From Vulcanisaeta distributa DSM 14429 (GTDB taxonomy: Archaea; Thermoproteota; Thermoprotei; Thermoproteales; Thermocladiaceae): DNA of 32,000 bases. Below, one piece after another: positions 26,144 through 32,000 of this stretch. The DNA lies in assembly GCF_000148385.1 (NCBI RefSeq), contig NC_014537.1, positions 720,001 to 752,000 of the forward strand, given 5' to 3'. How positions within the stretch are numbered: position 1 is the stretch's first letter; every line of letters begins with the position of its first letter. The position numbers were made by a program, and so were the translations under genes. The notes beneath the pieces were generated by a model. It ran no database searches, had not been told where the DNA came from, and saw only the letters and a list, made by a program, of their open reading frames with translations.

Positions 26144-26518
26144 TCACTGCGTCACCTCCTCAAGGAATTTTAATACATCCTCAGGACCACCGCTCTGCTT
26201 TATTAAGCCCCAAAGCTTAGAGTCCTTACATAACCTATACCTAACGACGCTCCTACTACTATCAACCTGCAGATAACCCGCATCGCTCAATTGCTTAAGC
26301 ACGTGCTTAACGAGGGTGAGTACCACGGGTATTGCATCATTGAACTCAGCATATTCAAGGACCTTCTTTGGCGTGAAGCTCACGCAGGTACCTCTCGCAT
26401 ACTTAACAGCCACCCATAAACCCCTCGCGACTAATTCCTCGATTTTCTTGAAATCAGCGTAAATATTCGTTATCTGGGTCATTAAGTAGACGTAGACAGC
26501 TGAATTTAAAGGGTTCAT
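26144..26518 (-). CDS. hypothetical protein, possibly winged-helix DNA-binding
   Basis: 124-aa ORF. The central segment (TPKKVLEYAEFNDAIPVVLTLVKHVLKQLSDAGYLQV) resembles a wHTH recognition helix plus wing. Palindromes lie in its promoter. Confidence 0.45.
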   Translation of the reverse strand: MNPLNSAVYVYLMTQITNIYADFKKIEELVARGLWVAVKYARGTCVSFTPKKVLEYAEFNDAIPVVLTLVKHVLKQLSDAGYLQVDSSRSVVRYRLCKDSKLWGLIKQSGGPEDVLKFLEEVTQ

Positions 26519-26624
26519 GATTAGGTACGTATACGTAATAGCCCTGTATATCCAGGCATATTTATTGCATATTTATGCCTGTACTTATGACAGCCCGTAG
26601 CGCGTAATTACTCACTCACTAGCC

Positions 26625-27539
26625 TTATAAACTGGGTATGATTACATGAGGCCCTATTAGTAGCAATAGGGTAATTATTGAGATAGCAGCTATTATAGCT
26701 GATACGAGTAAGTTAACATCCTCATTCTCAAGGTCATAACTACCCATGACTCTCACAGTCCTCTCACCGCACACATGGACCTCCCTATCAGTCATCACAC
26801 CACACTTTAGGCATCTGTACTTAGGTTGGAACAAAGCCCCAAAGATGCTGTCAAGGACCTCGCCCAGGTAACCAAGGATTAAGACTATAACGACAAACCA
26901 AATATTTACTGAGCTTATATACCCCAGGAGCTTAAGTATGTATTGAATGCCTAAGTAAGTGAGTGCTATTGTGGTTGATCCAATGAATGAGCTTAACTCA
27001 CCAAGTAATGTAACACCACCCGACACGCCGGGGTCAACGGTGGTCCAGGGCTTCGTTATTAACCTAGGCCTTGACTTACTGAGAACACCCAATTCAGAGG
27101 CCCAGGTGTCTGCATTTGAGTAGGCTATGCTTGTTACAGCCGCCGTGGAAAGCAGTTGATACATGGTCATGTCACGCACAAAATAAGCCACGCCGGCCAG
27201 CATTGCTAGGGTACTTGGTACTAAACCAACGGCTAATACCTGCTTCCAATTCCTCCCCTTAACGTCCTCGGCCGTGCCGAGCTCCTCCTTCTTCTCAACA
27301 CCTATCTTGGTAAGTGCGCTTGAGCTTCCTAAGAATACAATGAATGGCAGTATTGATGATGGTCCACCGAGGAGTATCATAGAGCCGACAAGTACTGATG
27401 GTATGATGGCATCCCTAGTTATTACCCTAATCCTTAACGCCGCGTAGGTCAATACTAATGATATTACTAATGACGCAATTGCAATTATTAAATACGTAAT
27501 TACAGCATCACTAATGTTCATTATTAATCCATGCATCAA
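26625..27539 (-). CDS. DUF92/TMEM19-like integral membrane protein with an inserted Cys/His knuckle
   Basis: 304-aa polytopic ORF. A CLKCG...HVCG insertion lies between TM segments near the C terminus. The family assignment is from overall appearance only. Confidence 0.5.
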   Translation of the reverse strand: MMHGLIMNISDAVITYLIIAIASLVISLVLTYAALRIRVITRDAIIPSVLVGSMILLGGPSSILPFIVFLGSSSALTKIGVEKKEELGTAEDVKGRNWKQVLAVGLVPSTLAMLAGVAYFVRDMTMYQLLSTAAVTSIAYSNADTWASELGVLSKSRPRLITKPWTTVDPGVSGGVTLLGELSSFIGSTTIALTYLGIQYILKLLGYISSVNIWFVVIVLILGYLGEVLDSIFGALFQPKYRCLKCGVMTDREVHVCGERTVRVMGSYDLENEDVNLLVSAIIAAISIITLLLLIGPHVIIPSL

Positions 27540-27605
27540 TTAAATGCTCGATAAGGTTTTTTAAGTATTATTTCAATGCTTTATGAGGCATTGGTTGTAA
27601 TTATC

Positions 27606-27654
27606 ATGATGATTCAGAGTTACGCGGATTGGTGACGAGAACATACCCGGCTGA
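27606..27654 (+). ncRNA. C/D box sRNA
   Basis: AUGAUGA, 12 nt (UUCAGAGUUACG), CGGA, UUG, GUGACGA, 12 nt (GAACAUACCCGG), CUGA. The spacing is exactly 7-12-4-3-7-12-4. The locus is intergenic, upstream of elf1. Confidence 0.65.
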
Positions 27655-27747
27655 CCAGCCTATGAATTTCGAAATTCAATGGGCATCAGTAGTAATTAGG
27701 AATTAGGAAGAAAAAGATATTTATATTAAAACTTAGTTGGGGCTTCG

Positions 27748-28194
27748 ATGGGTCGTAGAAGGAAAAGCCGTAAGAAATTACTACTTAAGCCTAAGAAGAC
27801 ACTGCCGAAGATCTTCACATGCCCACACTGCGGTGCGCCATTGGTTAATGTAAAGATTGATAGGAAGGAGGGCAAGGTATTGGTTAATTGCGGTAATTGC
27901 GGACTTGAGGCCGAATTCAACTACATACCTGGGCTACTCCCCGTGGATTACTTCAATAAGTTCGTTGATCTTTATTACCAGGGTCAGATAAAGCCCAAGA
28001 AGGAGGTGACCGTATCGTTATCTCAATTAACAACTAAGGCGAATCCACTACTTGACGAGGAGCAGGGGCAGGAGGCGCAGGAATCAACTGAGCCCTTTAG
28101 CGAAGGTGGTGAGGAATTTAGTGAAGGTGGTGCCGAAGAGGTTTACGGCGAGGAAAGCGAGTATTCTGAGGACATTGGATATACCGAGGAGTGA
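27748..28194 (+). CDS. elf1: transcription elongation factor Elf1 homologue with a long acidic C-terminal tail
   Basis: It has a basic N terminus (MGRRRKSRKK) and a Zn ribbon (CPHCG...CGNCG) with Elf1-like spacing. The tail is rich in E/G/S. A TATA-like ATATTTATATTAAAA lies about 25 nt upstream. Confidence 0.7.
   Translation: MGRRRKSRKKLLLKPKKTLPKIFTCPHCGAPLVNVKIDRKEGKVLVNCGNCGLEAEFNYIPGLLPVDYFNKFVDLYYQGQIKPKKEVTVSLSQLTTKANPLLDEEQGQEAQESTEPFSEGGEEFSEGGAEEVYGEESEYSEDIGYTEE
28096..28132 (+). repeat. 21-nt period tandem repeat inside the elf1 tail (FSEGGEE/FSEGGAE)
   Basis: TTTAGCGAAGGTGGTG (28096-28111) and TTTAGTGAAGGTGGTG (28117-28132) differ by 1 nt. Confidence 0.9.
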
Positions 28195-28227
28195 TACTTA
28201 AAATTCAATAATTCTTCCTCATACCTA

Positions 28228-28992
28228 ATGGGCGTTAAGGATTACCTACTTAAGCGTATTGCCGAGGTTGGCGCAATACACATGACGTTGCTCGACCCAG
28301 ATAAGGTAACCGCTAAGGAATTCAAAGAATTGGCGCTGATGGTTCAGGAGTACGGCAGCGATGCGCTCATGGTCGGCGGCTCCCTGGGCATATCCGAGGG
28401 GCAACTCGATGAGTACTTAAGCGCCGTTAAGGGCTCGTTAAAGATACCCGTTATTCTATTCCCAGGCAGTGTGGCAAACCTGAGTAGGTACGCCGATGCC
28501 GTATTCTTTCTTAGCGTGCTTAATAGCGCTGATCCATACTTCATAGTTGGTGCCCAGATACAGGCCTCGGTACTACTGGTGAAGAGGTTTAGGAACCTGG
28601 AGCCAATATCGCTTGCTTACATAATTGTTGGTGATGGTGGTGCCGTTGGTTACGTAAGTAATGCCAGGCCAATACCCTATGATAGGGATGACATTGCCCT
28701 GGCCTATGCATACACGGCTCAATTAATGGGCTTCGACATGATTTATCTCGAGGCTGGTAGTGGAGCCCGTGAACCGGTGAGGCCGAGGATGGTTTCCAGG
28801 GTAAAGCAATTAGTTAGTAAGCCGTTGATTGTTGGTGGTGGTATTAGGGACCCTGAGAAGGCCTCGGAGTTAGCCCTGGCTGGTGCGGACGCAATAGTTA
28901 CAGGTACGATAGTTGAGGAAAAGCCTGAATTAATTAAGGACATTATAAGGGCTGTTCATGAGGGTGGAATGACGAGGAAGAAAAGGGCCTAA
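28228..28992 (+). CDS. geranylgeranylglyceryl phosphate synthase (PcrB/GGGPS family)
   Basis: 254-aa ORF with GGSLG, YLEAGSGA and IVGGGIR motifs of the TIM-barrel GGGPS family. Confidence 0.88.
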   Translation: MGVKDYLLKRIAEVGAIHMTLLDPDKVTAKEFKELALMVQEYGSDALMVGGSLGISEGQLDEYLSAVKGSLKIPVILFPGSVANLSRYADAVFFLSVLNSADPYFIVGAQIQASVLLVKRFRNLEPISLAYIIVGDGGAVGYVSNARPIPYDRDDIALAYAYTAQLMGFDMIYLEAGSGAREPVRPRMVSRVKQLVSKPLIVGGGIRDPEKASELALAGADAIVTGTIVEEKPELIKDIIRAVHEGGMTRKKRA

Positions 28993-29162
28993 AGAGGTAC
29001 CAGGAACTTCAGTATTATTATTATCACTGAGATGGCAATACCAAGGAATATTACGGCCTGCGGACTTATTTTAATCCTCTCAATCTCCTTAGCCTCATTA
29101 AACTTAACCAACCCAGCGGCTATGAATGGTGACATCCCCGACGTACGTCTGCGCCTAGGCAT
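28989..29162 (-). CDS. secG: protein translocase subunit Sec61-beta (archaeal SecG), 57 aa
   Basis: This gene is not in the ORF track because it is under 60 aa. My translation is MPRRRRTSGMSPFIAAGLVKFNEAKEIERIKISPQAVIFLGIAISVIIIILKFLVPL. It shows the AGL-x-K/R-F/Y motif, a basic N terminus and a single C-terminal TM, as in Sec61-beta. Confidence 0.8.
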   Translation of the reverse strand: MPRRRRTSGMSPFIAAGLVKFNEAKEIERIKISPQAVIFLGIAISVIIIILKFLVPL

Positions 29163-29206
29163 CGACTATTGGCATAACAGGAAATTATAAACTTAACTCA
29201 AGGCTG

Positions 29207-29788
29207 TCATGCCATTGGGTTAAGTGGTTCGATACGAACACTAGAGTCACGACCTGGCGGAGGCTTGATCATTGAATTACCGTTTGGATCCTCAATGATA
29301 ATCCTAAACCTAAAATCGCCCTGGAGAGCCCTTCGCACTTTATCCTTGAACTCCCTCAACCTACGTATACTCTCCTCATTATCCTCATTTAAGACCTCCA
29401 TTCTCTCAGCAACATCAAGCATCCTAAGCAATAGGCCTTCGACCGTTGTTATCATAGCCTCTGCATCAGGTCCTGGATCAATATCAAAGCCAAGCTCAGG
29501 ACTACTTATCCTGGCGCTTCTTGATCTGAATATGTAGGTCCTATAAACATCTTCATCATCCTTAACCTCATATATTATCCTGGATGGACCTCTGGAATTA
29601 AGGTAATGAATATCGACCCTCCTATAGCCACAATAATCACATTGATTACTGTACAGTATTAAATCGCCAAAGGCTGGGTCATTATACAGTATTTCAACCA
29701 CATGAAGACTCTCCCTACCACACACGGGGCATTTTTCAATCCCAGTATAAATAACCCTGCCATGAAGGCTTAAGTCATTACTGTCCAT
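29207..29788 (-). CDS. ZPR1-type zinc-finger protein (COG1779-like)
   Basis: 193-aa ORF with CPVCG...(26 aa)...CDYCGYR followed by a ZPR1-like beta domain. TTTTAAATA lies about 25 nt upstream. Confidence 0.65.
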   Translation of the reverse strand: MDSNDLSLHGRVIYTGIEKCPVCGRESLHVVEILYNDPAFGDLILYSNQCDYCGYRRVDIHYLNSRGPSRIIYEVKDDEDVYRTYIFRSRSARISSPELGFDIDPGPDAEAMITTVEGLLLRMLDVAERMEVLNEDNEESIRRLREFKDKVRRALQGDFRFRIIIEDPNGNSMIKPPPGRDSSVRIEPLNPMA

Positions 29789-29967
29789 TAAAGGATCATG
29801 ACCTAACCCAGTATTTAAAACATATTATTTTAATGACTATTCCTAGTAAACTATGAAGGTCGCTTAATGCTATTGACCCACCTATGACCGTATAAATCAT
29901 TAATGAACTAACCGCAACGCAATGAGTCATAGTTCACAGAGAAATAAATACGCAGTGTCTACCTGTT

Positions 29968-30327
29968 ATGGTGGGTAAGTCATCTTTAAAAGGGGGTTGT
30001 TCCAGGCGTACCTTGATGAGCTCAGTAACGCCGAGTAAGTGGCTTGCGGCCCTTGGCATCATAGCCGTGCTAATACTCGTATTATTCATAATGGGATTCT
30101 GGTACGCAGTCTACACACCTGGCGTTGTCTCAACGTGTGCCGGTCCGTTTACAATGATGGAGATCCTAACCCTAATACTGGCGGTTGCTGGTACTTACCT
30201 GCTAATGAATTACCTGGGCAGGGGTAGTGTTAGTGACCTGCTACTGGTGGTTTTTGTTGCTGTTCTCGTGATCTTTACAGTGAGCTTCTACTTACTATCC
30301 ATCTCATCGTATGGTGGCATATGCTAG
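29968..30327 (+). CDS. small membrane protein (3 TM), hypothetical
   Basis: 119-aa ORF with three hydrophobic segments. Confidence 0.45.
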   Translation: MVGKSSLKGGCSRRTLMSSVTPSKWLAALGIIAVLILVLFIMGFWYAVYTPGVVSTCAGPFTMMEILTLILAVAGTYLLMNYLGRGSVSDLLLVVFVAVLVIFTVSFYLLSISSYGGIC

Positions 30328-30373
30328 GTGATTAAATCTTTAAAGAGTGCAGGTTATCTGTCGTTTTGCCGCT

Positions 30374-30790
30374 ATGGATTGCGTGTTCTGTAAGATCGTT
30401 AAGGGGGAGGAACCTGCCTATGTAGTTTATGAAGATGAACACGTAATTGCAATACTCGATAAATACCCAATAAGTAAAGGGCACACGCTGGTTATGCCGA
30501 AGAGACATTATAGGGATATAACGGAAATACCAAGTGACGAATTATGCCATGTAATTAGGGTGACGAAGGCCGTGACAATGGCCGTGATTAAGGCATTGAA
30601 CGTGCCTGGTGTGAGGATTATTCAGAACAATGGCGCCGAGGCTGGTCAGGTAATTTTCCACATACACTTCCATGTAATACCAATGACCGGACGCATTACC
30701 GGTAGGCATTACTTAACCGAGGAGGAGGGTCGTGAAGTATCTGAACTATTATCTAAGGCCGTTAAAGAAGTACTTAGTAGTATGAGTTAA
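30374..30790 (+). CDS. HIT-family (histidine triad) nucleotide hydrolase/transferase
   Basis: It carries the HIHFHVIP histidine triad and the N-terminal CVFCKI motif. I prefer the ATG at 30374 over the GTG at 30347. Confidence 0.88.
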   Translation: MDCVFCKIVKGEEPAYVVYEDEHVIAILDKYPISKGHTLVMPKRHYRDITEIPSDELCHVIRVTKAVTMAVIKALNVPGVRIIQNNGAEAGQVIFHIHFHVIPMTGRITGRHYLTEEEGREVSELLSKAVKEVLSSMS

Positions 30791-30823
30791 CTTTTTTATA
30801 CACTACTCACATTATTATTCCTA

Positions 30824-31123
30824 ATGGAGGTATTTGGTTTAACACTAACGCAGATAATCAGTATAATAGGCCTATTCGTGCTTGGGCTACTCGTGGGTAT
30901 CCTGATAAGGAGGTTGATAGGAGTTGCCCTGGTATTACTGGCGATTGTAATTCTTGCAATAGCCCTGGGCTACCTAAGCCCATCAACCCTAGTCACACTA
31001 CTTCATTACGCAGGCTATGCGATGAGCGTAGCCTATGCGAAGGCCCAACAATTCATTGGCGCCATCCCATACTCATCACTGGCATTTATAATAGGCCTCA
31101 TCATCGGTCTAATAAAGGGCTAG
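30824..31123 (+). CDS. small membrane protein (3 TM), hypothetical
   Basis: 99-aa hydrophobic ORF. Confidence 0.45.
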   Translation: MEVFGLTLTQIISIIGLFVLGLLVGILIRRLIGVALVLLAIVILAIALGYLSPSTLVTLLHYAGYAMSVAYAKAQQFIGAIPYSSLAFIIGLIIGLIKG

Positions 31124-31974
31124 TTAAGGTAAGCAACCCTCAGGTTCGACCGATATAGGAAGTCGAGGAATGAATCAAAGGCCCTATTTAGGGATTGAGG
31201 CTTATAGACCATCGCCTCATTACCGCTTATGAATACGAATCCCGTGCGCGGTGGCACATCATTAATGTGCTCCCTCATTATGTCGACAAACTCCTCACTA
31301 GGTCTTTGCATTATTACGATAACCCTATCCTCACGTGGATGGTAGTCTAAGACCCTCCTACTCGGTACAATCCACGGGTAAAGCATGATTAACTCCCTAC
31401 CACCCTCACCAAACACTGTATAAACAATACCACACCTAGCAACCCTGCTGTAGGTGTATTGACCGTGTGGACTTATGATCCTCCTCATGGACCTGGCACT
31501 GGAGTCCTTCATCTCGTGAATCACCATTCTAAGCTCCCGCAGGTCAATGGCTGGGTTAAGTATCAACTCGCCAATAGAGCCATCAAGTACATTGCCAATC
31601 CTCACCTTAACCACGAACTCCCTAAAATCAACCCCATAAATCGCCCTAAACAACCAATTAATGGGCCTTGAACCGAAGGCTGCCGACTCAACGGCAACCA
31701 ACCCAAGTGCATCTAGAGCACTTATTAATTCCCTAACGTTAGGTGTTGGTATGTCACCGGACATCTCAAGAAGTCTAGGTATTAGGTACTCAGGAACGAA
31801 GAGGATGCCCCTCCTCCTATGCATTAGAACACCAGCCCTTATTAACTCAGTAAGTACATCCTCATTAAAGCCCATAAGCCTGAATTGAACCTTAAGGACA
31901 CCCTCATCACCCCCAAGCCCCATGTACTTAATCAATGCATATACAGCATCACCAAAACCCTTAACTCTACTCAT
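31120..31974 (-). CDS. hypothetical protein, family not recognised
   Basis: 284-aa ORF. The coding assignment rests on its length alone, and I recognise no catalytic motif. Confidence 0.5.
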   Translation of the reverse strand: MSRVKGFGDAVYALIKYMGLGGDEGVLKVQFRLMGFNEDVLTELIRAGVLMHRRRGILFVPEYLIPRLLEMSGDIPTPNVRELISALDALGLVAVESAAFGSRPINWLFRAIYGVDFREFVVKVRIGNVLDGSIGELILNPAIDLRELRMVIHEMKDSSARSMRRIISPHGQYTYSRVARCGIVYTVFGEGGRELIMLYPWIVPSRRVLDYHPREDRVIVIMQRPSEEFVDIMREHINDVPPRTGFVFISGNEAMVYKPQSLNRAFDSFLDFLYRSNLRVAYLN

Positions 31975-32000
31975 TGAGTGATCAGCTAATAATCCATAGA

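Overview
The window looks archaeal and most resembles a crenarchaeon of the Thermoproteales type; this is inferred from gene content, not from any search. Supporting signals are TFB, Gar1, an Elf1 homologue, a TFE-beta-like protein, Sec61-beta, GGGP synthase, GTP-type PEPCK, TTTAAA-type TATA boxes about 20-30 nt upstream of mostly leaderless starts, C/D box sRNAs, and tRNA genes with encoded CCA. Most of the 32 kb is densely packed housekeeping or transport genes: Nnr, PEPCK, ThiF-like E1, DHH phosphoesterase, Upp, a crotonase, an NCS1 permease, carbamate kinase, gar1-tfb, ThpR, two MFS transporters, a ThiL-like protein, DUF92, ZPR1 and HIT. There are two accessory spots. One is an overlapping HEPN-MNT toxin-antitoxin pair that abuts the 3' end of tRNA-Lys(UUU). 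The other is a roughly 3.5 kb mosaic next to tRNA-Leu(UAG). It holds an intact tyrosine integrase, a second small recombinase interrupted by an in-frame TGA, an ORF that lacks a start codon or is frameshifted, and an unusual structured RNA candidate. Features the ORF track cannot show are three canonical C/D box sRNAs (1761-1812 on minus, 10118-10166 on minus, 27606-27654 on plus) and a 57-aa Sec61-beta gene (28989-29162 on minus). The fourth such feature is my most interesting observation: an 86-nt element at 20086-20171 in which a C/D-like K-turn and K-loop sit on a bulge-helix-bulge-like motif closed by a 10-bp helix. I found no CRISPR array, no rRNA, and no clear multi-gene defence system beyond HEPN-MNT. 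All functional calls rest on motif recognition by eye; no database search was run.
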